Shown piece by piece: positions 1 to 10,251 of a DNA stretch of 64,000 nucleotides. Made by a program: the position numbers and the translations under genes. The stretch lies in the NCBI GenBank assembly GCA_052168235.1, contig JBQLZK010000014.1, positions 32,001 to 96,000 on the forward strand, given 5' to 3'. Numbering within the stretch: the first letter of the stretch is position 1; every line of letters begins with the position of its first letter. The notes beneath the pieces are model-generated. The model was not told the DNA's origin. It made no database searches and saw nothing but the letters and a program-made list of their open reading frames with translations. This stretch comes from Thainema sp. GTDB lineage: Bacteria; Cyanobacteriota; Cyanobacteriia; Phormidesmidales; Phormidesmidaceae.

Positions 1-1
1 G

Positions 2-106
2 TTTTGGCAGTCGCTAGAGCAAGGCATCTGGACAACCTGTGCCACGGTGCTGCCAGAGGCTGAACAGCCGGTGCAGCCGCGAGTTGAGGCTTTATCGAGA
101 AAGTAG
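2..106 (+). CDS. 3' end of a gene truncated by the window start (FWQSLEQGIW...ALSRK*), product unknown
   Basis: Open frame from base 2 to TAG at 104-106, co-oriented with the downstream transporter genes. Confidence 0.5.
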   Translation, partial: FWQSLEQGIWTTCATVLPEAEQPVQPRVEALSRK

Positions 107-132
107 GGGCGAATAGAGCCATTTGCCCCTAC
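103..132. repeat. REP-like GTAG palindrome (GTAGGGGCGAAT...ATTTGCCCCTAC)
   Basis: Inverted repeat; related copies at 16855-16881, 41224-41277, 52513-52579 and 63229-63256. Confidence 0.75.
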
Positions 133-161
133 TTTCAACGCCAAAATCGAGATCTTAGCTA

Positions 162-215
162 AAAAGGATTGACATTGATGTTGCAAACAAAAGGATTGAC
201 ATTGATGTTGCAAAC
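162..215 (+). repeat. Perfect 27-bp tandem duplication covering the RBS and ATG of the binding-protein gene
   Basis: AAAAGGATTGACATTGATGTTGCAAAC x2 (162-188, 189-215). Confidence 0.95.
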
Positions 216-1137
216 AAAAGGTTTGTTCAAAGGACTGCTGCTCGGGTTGGCAGCTTTATTCCTGGTAGTGGCCTGTAATTCTGGCTCCACGGTGAATACA
301 GGCTCTGGAGAGGATGCTGAACTGACGGTACTCAAGTTTGGCGTTGGCCCCTATTTTCCGACACCGAATGAAACCGCTGACCAGTTTGAGCCGCTGTTCC
401 AGGCATTAGCTGAAGAAGTGGGCGTAGAAGCCGAAGTGACCGTCACCGAAGACTGGGTTGGTATCTCAGAAGCGCTGCGCTCTGGAACGCTTGATGCGGC
501 TTGGTTGGGGCCGTGGGGCTATGTGTTAGCTAATCACAATGAGCCTGCCATTAATGCGATCGCAACTGTGAAGTATAAAGAGCAGCCCTTTTACTATTCG
601 GTGCTGATGGCGAAAGCGGATGCGCCCTTTGACACGCTGGATGAGGCGATTGAGCTGAGCCAGTCCGGTGAAAAGCTCAGCATTAGCTTGGCCGATGTTG
701 GCTCAACCTCTGGTTGGCTGATTCCCACTGCCGAGTTTACCCAGCGCGGCATTGATCCTAAAGAAGTGTTTGAATACAGCGAAGGTGCTAGCCACGCAGC
801 CCAAGCGATCGCAGTTTTGAGCGATCAGGTGGATATTGCTTCAGATTACGATCGCAACTTGGACGTACTGGAAGCTACCGAGCGGATCAACAAAGACGAC
901 CTCAAGATCATCTGGCAATCCGATCCGCTGCCCAATGACCCAATTGCGATTCGGGGTGGACTACCGGAGGATATTAAGACGAGGCTACAGGAGGCGCTAG
1001 TGAACCTCAGTGCAGAAGATGCAGCTCAGGGTTTACTACCAGAGAACTACACGGGTTTTGTCGCCTCCGACGGCAGCAACTACGAGCCAATTCAGGCGGC
1101 GGGCAAGCTGGTCGGCAAGCTGGATGAAGCATCCTAA
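178..1137 (+). CDS. phnD: PhnD/PtxB/HtxB-family phosphite/hypophosphite/phosphonate ABC substrate-binding lipoprotein (HtxB-like); start is ATG 178 or 205
   Basis: Lipobox LVVAC; motifs WLGPWGYVL, DVGSTSGWLIP, LPND; followed by a PhnE permease. Confidence 0.88.
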   Translation: MLQTKGLTLMLQTKGLFKGLLLGLAALFLVVACNSGSTVNTGSGEDAELTVLKFGVGPYFPTPNETADQFEPLFQALAEEVGVEAEVTVTEDWVGISEALRSGTLDAAWLGPWGYVLANHNEPAINAIATVKYKEQPFYYSVLMAKADAPFDTLDEAIELSQSGEKLSISLADVGSTSGWLIPTAEFTQRGIDPKEVFEYSEGASHAAQAIAVLSDQVDIASDYDRNLDVLEATERINKDDLKIIWQSDPLPNDPIAIRGGLPEDIKTRLQEALVNLSAEDAAQGLLPENYTGFVASDGSNYEPIQAAGKLVGKLDEAS

Positions 1138-1143
1138 GCATTC

Positions 1144-1998
1144 ATGGCAAAGGCAGACGAAACCCAGCGGAAACCTAATGCTCCTCCTCCGTTCGATTTA
1201 GCCGCGCGACTGGATGCTGAATATCGCCGTAGGCGTGGTGTTTGGCCGCTTTTACGCCAGGGCTTTATCGGCTTAATTGCGATCGCAGTTTTAGTCGCCA
1301 GCATTCGCAAAACTGAGGTTGCGCCAGCGGAATTCTGGGCGGGTTTGCCTCGCCTCAGCCGCTGGCTGACGGATTTGTGGCCACCTGATCTCTCGGAACT
1401 GCCCTCATTTCTGAATGCCACGGCAGAAACACTTGCGATCGCAGTTGTCGGCACAGTCGCAGCAATGGTATTTGCCATTCCCCTGGCGCTGCTGGTAGCA
1501 CGCAATATCACGCCTATACCGTCTTTATCATTGCCGCTGCGAACCGGACTCAATCTGCTGCGCGCCATTGATACGGCAATTTTTGCCTTGTTTTTTGTGT
1601 CTGTAGTTGGGCTTGGCCCCTTTGCAGGCGTACTGGGCGTAACGCTGCACACAACCGGATCAATGGCCAAGCTATACGCCGAGGTACTCGAAACCATTCC
1701 GCCACAAACGATTGAAGCCATTGAAGTGACAGGAGCCGACCGTCTGCGCACATTCACATTTGCTGTGTTACCAGAAGCGCTGCCAGGACTCACGGGGATT
1801 AGCCTTTATCTTTGGGAATATAACGTCCGCTCTTCGGTGATTCTCGGCATTGTCGGCGCGGGTGGCATTGGCTACGAGTTACTGGTCAGTCTCAAACTGC
1901 TCGATTTTGGTCGGCTCAGCACCATTTTGCTATTGATTTTGGCAATGGTTAGCATTGTTGATGCAATCAGTGCATTTCTGCGGAGGCGTTTGCAGTAA
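1144..1998 (+). CDS. phnE: Phosphonate/phosphite ABC transporter permease
   Basis: GLGPFAGVLG, EAA-loop-like EAIEVTGA, EYNVRSSVILGIVGAGGIG are PhnE signatures. Confidence 0.92.
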   Translation: MAKADETQRKPNAPPPFDLAARLDAEYRRRRGVWPLLRQGFIGLIAIAVLVASIRKTEVAPAEFWAGLPRLSRWLTDLWPPDLSELPSFLNATAETLAIAVVGTVAAMVFAIPLALLVARNITPIPSLSLPLRTGLNLLRAIDTAIFALFFVSVVGLGPFAGVLGVTLHTTGSMAKLYAEVLETIPPQTIEAIEVTGADRLRTFTFAVLPEALPGLTGISLYLWEYNVRSSVILGIVGAGGIGYELLVSLKLLDFGRLSTILLLILAMVSIVDAISAFLRRRLQ

Positions 1999-2276
1999 GA
2001 CTGTTTTGCTGAGCCAGACCATCCAGCAAAAACGTGAGGAGCGAGGCGTGAGGAGTAAAGGCTGCAAAGGACTACAAAGACTCAGAACTTAGCACTATCA
2101 ACAATAGTTTATTAGAACTGAGATTCATCCCTGTCGAACACCATAAAGCCTTGAAAACGCTTTGATAATGTCAGCGATGGGTTAACGATGGCGCAAATCT
2201 CTATCTAAGGTTAGACTCGCCCCCTTTAGGTTAATCAGGTAAATTACCAAGCAAATATATACGGACTGATTAACCA

Positions 2277-3923
2277 ATGACTTCGTTATTGAAATCGGGT
2301 TTATTAGGTTTAACCTGCAGCATTTTATCTGTTCCTGCTTTAGCACAATCCAATCATTTAATTGCTCAAGCTGACAACAACATGAGATTGACCGACCCGT
2401 TAACGCGGGTGACTCAGTTTTCAGATGTGCAGCCAACGGATTGGGCATATACCGCACTGCAGTCACTGGTAGAACGCTATGGCTGCATTGTGGGCTATCC
2501 AGACGGTACATTCCGAGGCAATCGAGCGCTGACGCGGTATGAATTTGCCGCAGGACTCAATGCCTGTTTGGATCAGTTTTTGGCCGTGATTGATGATCCG
2601 GTTGATCTCACCCAGTTGCAGCAGTTGTTAGCAGAGTTTGAGACGGAACTGAACTTACTTGTGGCTGATGTCGACAGTTTAGAAGGTCGAGTTGCTGAAT
2701 TAGAAGCCAATCAGTTTTCAACCACAACTAAGTTGAGTGGGGAAGCCATCTTTGCTGTAAGTACCGCGTTTGTAGGAGATATTGAAAATATTGCTGATGA
2801 AGTCATTGCTACCAATGACGTGGCAACGGTAGGGCAAGCCCGCGTTCGTCTCGATTTCAACACCAGTTTTAATGGTGAAGATCTGCTGATCACTCGCCTA
2901 GAAGCAGGGAATGTGCCGCCCTTGTTGCGCAACAACGTGTTTTACCAGAACGGTTTTGGAATTACCGATACTCAAGAAGGACGATTTACCTTTGATAATG
3001 TCTTAGGTGATGATTTCGGCGTGGGGCTGCTGTCCTATTCGTTTCAAATCGGTTCCGATCTGAACGCCACGATTTTTGCCAGTGGCGGTGAGCATCACTA
3101 TTATGCTGATACCGTTAATCCCTTTTTGGAAGGCCACAGTGGCGGGCAGAATGCGTTGACTCGCTTTAGCGAACGCAATCCCATTTATCGCATTGGTGGC
3201 GACGGTACGGGGGTTGGTGTATCCTATCAGCCCTCTGATAGCTTCCGGATCGATTTGGGCTATCTTAGCGATACGGCAACGGATTTGGGGCCAGATAATG
3301 GCTTATTTAACGGTAATTATTCGATGCTGGGTCAAATTGTGGTCGGCGATCGCGATCGCTTTAGAGTGGGTCTGACCTATGTGCATGCCTATGAGAGTCG
3401 CGCCCAAGATATCAATGCCAATCGGCTCAATTTTGGCGGAACAGGTACATCACTGGCGAACTTGAATCCGGTTGCGCTGTTTGGCGTCAATGCGTTACCG
3501 ACCCCAGAGGAAACGCTGCTGCCGGTTGTCAGTAATTCCTATGGCATAGAAGCGTCGGTGCGACTATCGTCGCGCTTTTATATTAATGGTTGGGTAGGGA
3601 AGACAGCCGCTCGTCTGATTGGCCTGGGTGATGCCGACATTTGGACGTTTGCTGTCGGCGTTGCGCTGCCTGATTTGCTCAGTGAAGGCTCCCTAGGTGG
3701 CGTCACGTTTGGAGCGGCTCCTACCCTGCGGTCATTAGATATCCCTGGTGGTGCACCCTTCTTGGAACGAGATTTTGCGTATCAGCTAGAAGCGTTTTAT
3801 CGCTACCAGGTGAACGATAATATTTCGGTTACGCCCGGTTTTGTTTGGTTGCCGTCACCGAATCAGAGTGACCTGAACGATGATACGTTTCTGGGCACCA
3901 TCCGGACGACGTTCCGGTTCTAG
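2277..3923 (+). CDS. Cyanobacterial outer-membrane porin (SLH + OprB-like, iron-uptake porin family)
   Basis: FSDVQPTDWAY..LQSLVERYGCIVGYPDGTFRGNR SLH domain, QFSTTTKL, C-terminal RTTFRF. Confidence 0.95.
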   Translation: MTSLLKSGLLGLTCSILSVPALAQSNHLIAQADNNMRLTDPLTRVTQFSDVQPTDWAYTALQSLVERYGCIVGYPDGTFRGNRALTRYEFAAGLNACLDQFLAVIDDPVDLTQLQQLLAEFETELNLLVADVDSLEGRVAELEANQFSTTTKLSGEAIFAVSTAFVGDIENIADEVIATNDVATVGQARVRLDFNTSFNGEDLLITRLEAGNVPPLLRNNVFYQNGFGITDTQEGRFTFDNVLGDDFGVGLLSYSFQIGSDLNATIFASGGEHHYYADTVNPFLEGHSGGQNALTRFSERNPIYRIGGDGTGVGVSYQPSDSFRIDLGYLSDTATDLGPDNGLFNGNYSMLGQIVVGDRDRFRVGLTYVHAYESRAQDINANRLNFGGTGTSLANLNPVALFGVNALPTPEETLLPVVSNSYGIEASVRLSSRFYINGWVGKTAARLIGLGDADIWTFAVGVALPDLLSEGSLGGVTFGAAPTLRSLDIPGGAPFLERDFAYQLEAFYRYQVNDNISVTPGFVWLPSPNQSDLNDDTFLGTIRTTFRF

Positions 3924-4001
3924 GGCAATACGCATTCTCGACTGTGTTGTGTCGGTTTAATCAACCAGTTTTGGTTAATCCGTTTGGTTAAACCGTTTTT
4001 G

Positions 4002-4778
4002 TTAGACTGCGGAGCGCTGGCGGCGGACTTTGAGGAAGCCAGCTGTTCCTGCGATCGCAGCTAAACCTAACAGCGGCGTTGGGCCAGGAACAGCTTGGCT
4101 GTCGTCAACCTGGGTAATCTGCACCGCTAGCAGAGGTTGGTCGCCATCGGGGAATGGCCGAGTAGCAACCATCGTGCCATTCCCATCATCAGTGGCAGCA
4201 AAGACATTAGCGGTCGTAAAGACTCGCTCAATGTTCATGAAGTTACCAGACTCATCAACCTCGAAATCAATTGCATCTGGGGCCAAGAATCGGCCTGTGC
4301 CGTCAACGTTGCCGTTGCCATCAGATGTCACGATGGGAGTGGCGAATACGGCAGATAGATCCTCCATCACCTGATCGTCTGGAATTTCGATCCGGCGGGT
4401 GACAACTTCGTTTGGCTGCACTAAACGAGCTGGGGCCGAAACAGGCTGCTGTGGCATTGGAGTCGCCATCATGACGTTCGGATTGTTCATAAAGCGATTT
4501 GTAACGCCTGCGGTCTGACCTGTTTGTGCCATATTGAGCAGGCTAGTGTTGACTTGTCCACCCCGATTGATGATGTCATAGTCATCCTCATCCGTGATCG
4601 CAATGGGAGGACGAACAACAACGCGCTCATTTTCGGGCGCGAGATTGCGAACTGAAAAGTCAAGTACGATAGCTTGAGCAGATTGAGCAATGAAGGCTGT
4701 ACTAATTCCTGCTCCAAGTGCGATCGCACATTTCCAACTTCTCTGGGGGCTTAAGTTATTTCTATTTTGAAGAACCAT
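4002..4778 (-). CDS. Secreted PEP-CTERM-type sorting-domain protein (VPGP variant)
   Basis: Signal peptide ending AQA; C-terminal VPGPTPLLGLAAIAG..KVRR (motif, TM helix, basic tail). Confidence 0.8.
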   Translation of the reverse strand: MVLQNRNNLSPQRSWKCAIALGAGISTAFIAQSAQAIVLDFSVRNLAPENERVVVRPPIAITDEDDYDIINRGGQVNTSLLNMAQTGQTAGVTNRFMNNPNVMMATPMPQQPVSAPARLVQPNEVVTRRIEIPDDQVMEDLSAVFATPIVTSDGNGNVDGTGRFLAPDAIDFEVDESGNFMNIERVFTTANVFAATDDGNGTMVATRPFPDGDQPLLAVQITQVDDSQAVPGPTPLLGLAAIAGTAGFLKVRRQRSAV

Positions 4779-5578
4779 TTTGAGTTGAAATTAGGTACAC
4801 ATATCTAGGCATAAATTTAATGATTTACAGCTGATAGTCAAGCCAATATAGATAGATGACCTAACTTTAGTTTCCCCGTAAAGCCTTGCATTGCAAGATG
4901 TTACGGCATTTGATAAAAGGTTTAAATAAATCTGAAATCCATCCCGAGAACGATGGGATTCGACGAGCTGCATATGTCATCTGATAGAGCATTTATGAAC
5001 TGAAATTTAACAATATGCTTGGCAAAATATACAGCTTGGCAATAAGGAGAAATCTGAAGAAATAAAACAGAAATCAATTGAAATAGTTTGGATATCCTGA
5101 TCTGTCTTGATCAGTAGTGTTTGTTTTGGCGACAGCTACTGTTGACTATATATAACGGCAAAATGCTGCTATTTATGGCCTGATCAAAAGCTGGATTTTT
5201 CGGAATTTAGCCGATTTGGAGCGATTGGCATAGCTCATTGTGTTGAGGGTAATGTTTCGGGTGTTAAGAGTAGTGTCTGGGTAATAACTTTGTCGTATTG
5301 CCAGATCACACAACAAAATTCTTGTTTTTCTGGGGGACTACTGTAGGTTTTCTGGGCAGTGCAGATGGGAGTTGGTGCGAGATGGGAATATCCTAAAAGC
5401 GGGGACTGTTTCTCGTTTGCTGAAGAGTATTTGGCAGTGATTTTTCAGATAGCCCTCATTGGAAGCGTGAGGCGAAAGGGTACACTGAGAAAAAGAGTGA
5501 AATCCTGATATAACCGCCATCAGCGATGCTCTATACTGAAAAACTGCATTAAAATTTGATTTGGGTAGGCCGATTACC

Positions 5579-6715
5579 GTGACTCTTAGCCTGTCTTCTG
5601 CTAACGCTAGCAACTCTGATTCTGCTGCACATCCTGCTGCCTCAGCCGCTCGTCTCCGGAGCTGGCCGGGACTAATTGAGGCGTATCGAGAGTATTTGCC
5701 CGTTAGTGAACAAACTCCTGTTGTGACGCTGCATGAAGGCAATACGCCGCTGATTCCGGTACCTGTTATCTCAGCGCAAATCGGGCGAGATGTCCAAGTC
5801 TTTGTCAAATATGACGGCCTAAACCCCACGGGCAGCTTCAAAGACCGGGGTATGACAATGGCCGTTTCCAAGGCGAAAGAAGCGGGTGCCAAGGCGGTCA
5901 TTTGTGCCAGCACGGGCAACACCTCGGCGGCAGCAGCGGCCTATGCTCGGCGGGCGGGCATACGTGCCTTTGTGATTATTCCTGATGGCTATGTTGCTCA
6001 GGGCAAGCTGGCGCAGGCGCTACTGTATGGCGCGGAAATTATCGCCATTCAGGGCAACTTCGACCGAGCCTTGGACATCGTGCGCGAGATTGCCGACAGC
6101 TATCCGGTGACGCTGGTGAATTCGGTCAATCCCTATCGTCTGGAAGGGCAGAAAACGGCGGCTTTTGAAGTCATTGATGGTTTGGGCAACGCACCCGATT
6201 GGCTCTGCGTTCCAGTTGGTAATGCGGGTAACATCACCGCTTACTGGATGGGCTTCTGTGAATATCATCAGCTCAAAAAGTGCGATCGCTTACCCCGGAT
6301 GATGGGCTTTCAGGCGGCTGGCTCGGCTCCTCTCGTCGTCGGCCATGTAGTCGAAAATCCAGACACCATTGCCACCGCTATTCGTATCGGCAATCCCGCC
6401 AGTTGGGATAAGGCGTTGGCCGTACAGGACGCCAGCCAAGGGGGATTTCATGCCGTCACCGACGACGAAATTCTGGCGGCCTACAAGCTGCTAGCGGGAG
6501 AAGAAGGCGTGTTCTGCGAACCCGCTAGCGCCTCATCTGTCGCAGGAATGCTCAAGCTGAAAGACCAAATTCCAACTGGAGCAACGGTTGTTTGTGTACT
6601 GACCGGAAATGGTCTAAAGGATCCCACAACGGCCATCGAATATAACGGCGACAGCCAGTTTACTCGCGGTGTTGTCCCCGATTTAGATGTCGTTGCGCGA
6701 ATCATGGGATTTTAG
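5579..6715 (+). CDS. thrC: Threonine synthase (GTG 5579 is the likely start; the ORF is open from 5561)
   Basis: [13 protein letters not shown]-lysine motif, [16 protein letters not shown]. Confidence 0.96.
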   Translation: MTLSLSSANASNSDSAAHPAASAARLRSWPGLIEAYREYLPVSEQTPVVTLHEGNTPLIPVPVISAQIGRDVQVFVKYDGLNPTGSFKDRGMTMAVSKAKEAGAKAVICASTGNTSAAAAAYARRAGIRAFVIIPDGYVAQGKLAQALLYGAEIIAIQGNFDRALDIVREIADSYPVTLVNSVNPYRLEGQKTAAFEVIDGLGNAPDWLCVPVGNAGNITAYWMGFCEYHQLKKCDRLPRMMGFQAAGSAPLVVGHVVENPDTIATAIRIGNPASWDKALAVQDASQGGFHAVTDDEILAAYKLLAGEEGVFCEPASASSVAGMLKLKDQIPTGATVVCVLTGNGLKDPTTAIEYNGDSQFTRGVVPDLDVVARIMGF

Positions 6716-6739
6716 ATTTAGGCAGCCCGCAAAAGCCGC

Positions 6740-8113
6740 CTACACAACCCGATTCTGCCGGATACAGTTGGCGTACCAGTCAAAGCTAGCTTTGGGAATG
6801 CGCTGCTGGGTGGCATAGTCCACGTAGGTAATGCCAAACCGACGGTCATACCCGTAGGCCCATTCAAAGTTATCCAGCAGGCTCCAGACAAAATAGCCCG
6901 TCAGCGGATACCCTTCACTCACCGCTCGATGGGCACTTTTCAGCGCTTGTCGGAGATAGAAAATGCGATCGCAATCTAGCACCTCGCCCTGTTCTGTTAC
7001 CTGATCTTCGACAGCACAGCCGTTCTCGCTGATAAACACGGGTAACTCAGGCCGATTCAGCGTTTCGCTAATGTGGCGAATTCCCCAGTAGATGGCTTCC
7101 GGAATCACGTGCAGCCACGGCATGTTTAAGCGGGGATAGCTCTTGGGAAACGGCAGCACTTCATAGCCCAGCTCATTCTCGGCAGCTCGCACGTATAAAC
7201 CGCTGTACACATTGAAACCCAAGGCATCCAGCGGCTGGTTAATCGTTTCCAAGTCTCCTGGCTGGATATCTGGCATCTGATCGCCAAGTTTGTCATAGAG
7301 CGCATCGCTATACCGTCCAGTTAAGGCCGGATAGAGAATGCCGCCGTTGGTGCCGACGCGGCCCATTGCCATTTGGGCAGCGGCGATATGCTCGTCGGTT
7401 TCCGCGATCGGAACGGTCGCCAGAAAGTTGTCTACTAGCGCCACCGAGCAGGGCTGCGGCGTGTGGGCGCGAATCGCCTGGCAGGCCAAACCGTGGGCCA
7501 GCAGCGCATGATGGGAAGTCTGCCAAACCTCCTTCTTGGACTGCAATACCGTACCTGGCGCATGGGGTGGCACCTGATTCACCCCGTACCCCAAATGAGT
7601 AAAACAGAAAATTTCATTAATGGTCATCCAGTGCCGCACCCGATCGCCTAATCGCTGCACGACGACGCTGACATAATCAGCGAAATCCTTGGCCATCTCC
7701 CGACTGCGCCACGAGCCGTAGCGATCTTCTAGAGCTTGGGGACTGTCCCAATGGAACAGGGTAACGTGCGGCGTAATCCCGTTTTCCAGCAGCGCATCGA
7801 CCAGTTGACTGTAGAAGTCCAAACCCGCTTGATTCACCTCGCCCCGACCCTCCGGCACCACGCGCGGCCAGGCAATACTGAAACGATAGTGCTGAATGCC
7901 CAGCTTCACCATCAGCGCAATGTCGTCTAGATAGCGATGGTAGTGGTCACATGCGATCGCACCTGTATCCCCATTCAAGACCCGTTCCGGCTTAGCGCTA
8001 AAAGTATCCCACACGCTGTCTTGACGACCATCGGCCTCGGTGGCTCCCTCAATTTGATAGGCAGCGGTTGCGGCTCCCCACTGAAAACCGGACGGGAATG
8101 AGTAACTGGTCAT
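6740..8113 (-). CDS. GH1 beta-glucosidase
   Basis: FQWGAATAAYQIEG, TINE acid/base and ISENG nucleophile motifs, DNFEW. Confidence 0.96.
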   Translation of the reverse strand: MTSYSFPSGFQWGAATAAYQIEGATEADGRQDSVWDTFSAKPERVLNGDTGAIACDHYHRYLDDIALMVKLGIQHYRFSIAWPRVVPEGRGEVNQAGLDFYSQLVDALLENGITPHVTLFHWDSPQALEDRYGSWRSREMAKDFADYVSVVVQRLGDRVRHWMTINEIFCFTHLGYGVNQVPPHAPGTVLQSKKEVWQTSHHALLAHGLACQAIRAHTPQPCSVALVDNFLATVPIAETDEHIAAAQMAMGRVGTNGGILYPALTGRYSDALYDKLGDQMPDIQPGDLETINQPLDALGFNVYSGLYVRAAENELGYEVLPFPKSYPRLNMPWLHVIPEAIYWGIRHISETLNRPELPVFISENGCAVEDQVTEQGEVLDCDRIFYLRQALKSAHRAVSEGYPLTGYFVWSLLDNFEWAYGYDRRFGITYVDYATQQRIPKASFDWYANCIRQNRVV

Positions 8114-8371
8114 GGTTTAGGTTTCCTTGAATACCCTTTCTCTCTAAACTGTAGCGATGAATCAGTTTTCAGCATTCTCAGCACAGAATCAGCACAGAAT
8201 GAGGTGAGGGGTGTAAAGGGCTGTAGAGGCTGTAAAGGGTGTAAAGGGCTGGAAATTAATTACTCCATTAGTATCGTTTGTAGCAACTAGTACTTCTTGC
8301 GCAGGCTGCAGAATGTATTGAGGAATCTTATCTTGTATATTATTTGAAGAACGATTGCTCAACCTGAAACA

Positions 8372-9088
8372 ATGTTAAAGCTTCTCACAAACCCGATTCA
8401 GTGGCGCTCACGCCTGCTCCGTCTTATTGGCCTAGTTGGATTTGCTGTCTTGACCCTACAGCTTTGGGCAACGCCAGCTTGGGCAACGGGAGTAGCCGAT
8501 ATTCCCACAGTTTCAGCCGGACAGCAAACGTGGGTTGTTGACCAGGCGAATCTGTTTAGTCGAATTAATCAAACCAAGATTGGCGATCAGCTAAGTGAGT
8601 TGGCTGAGCAAACTGGCAAAGAAGTCCGGATTGTTACCATCCATCGGCTGGACTATGGCGAAACGGCTGAGAGCCTGACCAATAAGCTGTTCGACGCCTG
8701 GTTCCCCACGCTGTCTGAGCGCTCCAATCAGGTTCTTCTGTTTATTGACGACGTAACGAACGGCGTGGCGATTCGCACGGGCGAGAGCGTGAAGTCTTTG
8801 ATGTCCGACGATATTGCTGATAGCGTGGCACAGGAAACCGTGATGGTGCCGCTGCGGGATGGCAATCGCTATAACCAAGCGTTTCTGGATGCTACGGAGC
8901 GAATGGTTGCAGTTCTCTCGGGCCAAGAAGACCCAGGCCCACCGATTGTCGAAGACAATATTAACGTCGAAGGTACGTTTACACGGGCGGAAGACACAGA
9001 CGACTACACATCAACGATTGTTGTCGTGGTGCTGCTGCTTGCGGCGACCGTGATTCCGATGGTGACGTATTACTGGTATGTTCGGTAG
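8372..9088 (+). CDS. psb32: TPM-domain photosystem II repair protein Psb32
   Basis: Signal peptide, TPM domain, C-terminal TM ending ATVIPMVTYYWY. Confidence 0.88.
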   Translation: MLKLLTNPIQWRSRLLRLIGLVGFAVLTLQLWATPAWATGVADIPTVSAGQQTWVVDQANLFSRINQTKIGDQLSELAEQTGKEVRIVTIHRLDYGETAESLTNKLFDAWFPTLSERSNQVLLFIDDVTNGVAIRTGESVKSLMSDDIADSVAQETVMVPLRDGNRYNQAFLDATERMVAVLSGQEDPGPPIVEDNINVEGTFTRAEDTDDYTSTIVVVVLLLAATVIPMVTYYWYVR

Positions 9089-9320
9089 TTTGGCGTTGGT
9101 TCAGTACTGAGTACTAACCTTTGTCGCTATTACCGTCACCTACAAGCAGCCTTTAGAAAATTTAGTATCAAAATAATTCGATCTTTAGAGGGATAGGCCC
9201 GAAATGCCTGTTCCTCTTTTTATTGCTTTCATCATGCATGTTCCCTTCAATCGAGGGATGGAAAAGCAGTCCGGATTTGCCATTGTTGAAGTCAATGTCT
9301 AGGCTGCTCAGTTTTCGAAG

Positions 9321-9482
9321 AAAGTGAGGCGGGAGGAGTAAGGAGTGAGGAGCCAAAGGGTTGTAAAGGCTGTAGAGGGTTGTAAAGGACTGTAGAGGGT
9401 AACAGAGATAGATTCGCTTCATCACATCATCACGCGACTACGCATCTACTCATCTACCCATCCACACCTACTCAGTACTCAG
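9321..9482 (+). repeat. Tandem-repeat-rich dispersed element, left copy of an inverted pair around the USP gene
   Basis: Core 9345-9465 matches the reverse complement of 10114-10234 with about 6 mismatches. Confidence 0.9.
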
Positions 9483-9541
9483 TCCTATATTCCTCCACAA
9501 CAGTTATTAAAAGTCGTTAAGAACCGAATTGGAATTGAATT

Positions 9542-10066
9542 ATGAGTTTTCAACGTATTTTAGTTGCCCTTGATCGGCATAGTTCTCTAGCAGAAGATGT
9601 GCTCAATCAGGCTGCTGATTTGGCTCAGGCTCAGTCAGCCCAGGTTTTGATTATGCACTGCCTGGATGCAGCTCGCCTGAGTGCGCTCAATCCTGTATCA
9701 ACCTATGCGCCAACGGCGAATCCAGTCAGTCCAGCTTATCCAATGGCGGGTATGGGGCTACAGCCCGTCGCGGCACCTCAACCGCTTGATCCAGAACAGG
9801 TGCCAAGCCAGCAGCAAGAACTTGAAGCTATCGATCAGTGGCTGGGTCAGCGTCAGACTCAACTCCGCGATCGCAGTATTCAGGTTGAAGTCGAACGCTG
9901 CTTTGGTCAGCCCAGCCACGAGATTTGCGATCTGGCAAAACGCTGGAACGCAGATTTAGTGGTCATCGGTCGTCGAGGTCACAGCGGTTTAACCGAAGCA
10001 CTCATGGGCAGCGTCAGTAACCACGTCGTGCATCATGCACCCTGTGCGGTTTTGGTTGTTCAGTGA
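9542..10066 (+). CDS. Universal stress protein (UspA family)
   Basis: FQRILVALD; ADLVVIGRRGHSGL..MGSVSNHVVHHAPCAVLVV. Confidence 0.95.
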   Translation: MSFQRILVALDRHSSLAEDVLNQAADLAQAQSAQVLIMHCLDAARLSALNPVSTYAPTANPVSPAYPMAGMGLQPVAAPQPLDPEQVPSQQQELEAIDQWLGQRQTQLRDRSIQVEVERCFGQPSHEICDLAKRWNADLVVIGRRGHSGLTEALMGSVSNHVVHHAPCAVLVVQ

Positions 10067-10084
10067 GTTGGGGAAAAGTGTTAG

Positions 10085-10251
10085 GGAGTGAGTGCTGAGT
10101 AAGGGGTGGATGAGTGGATGGGTAGATGAGTAGATGCGTAATCGCATGATGATGTGATGAAGCGAATCTAGCCCTGTTAACCTCTACAGTCCTTTACAAC
10201 CCTCTACAGCCTTTACAGCCCTTTGGCTCCTCACGCCTCACGCCTCACTTT
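10085..10251 (-). repeat. Tandem-repeat-rich dispersed element, right inverted copy
   Basis: Reverse complement of 9321-9482. Confidence 0.9.

Noticed and set aside
1134..1793. Long antisense ORFs (also 5338-5922, 46900-47478 and others)
   Set aside because: They are shadows of well-supported genes on the opposite strand
2179..2250. Pho (SphR) box upstream of the porin
   Set aside because: TTAACCT-like heptamers occur on the minus strand but not at the expected 11-bp spacing
9168..9425. 85-aa minus-strand ORF
   Set aside because: Its N-terminal part is translated tandem-repeat DNA and there is no recognisable motif
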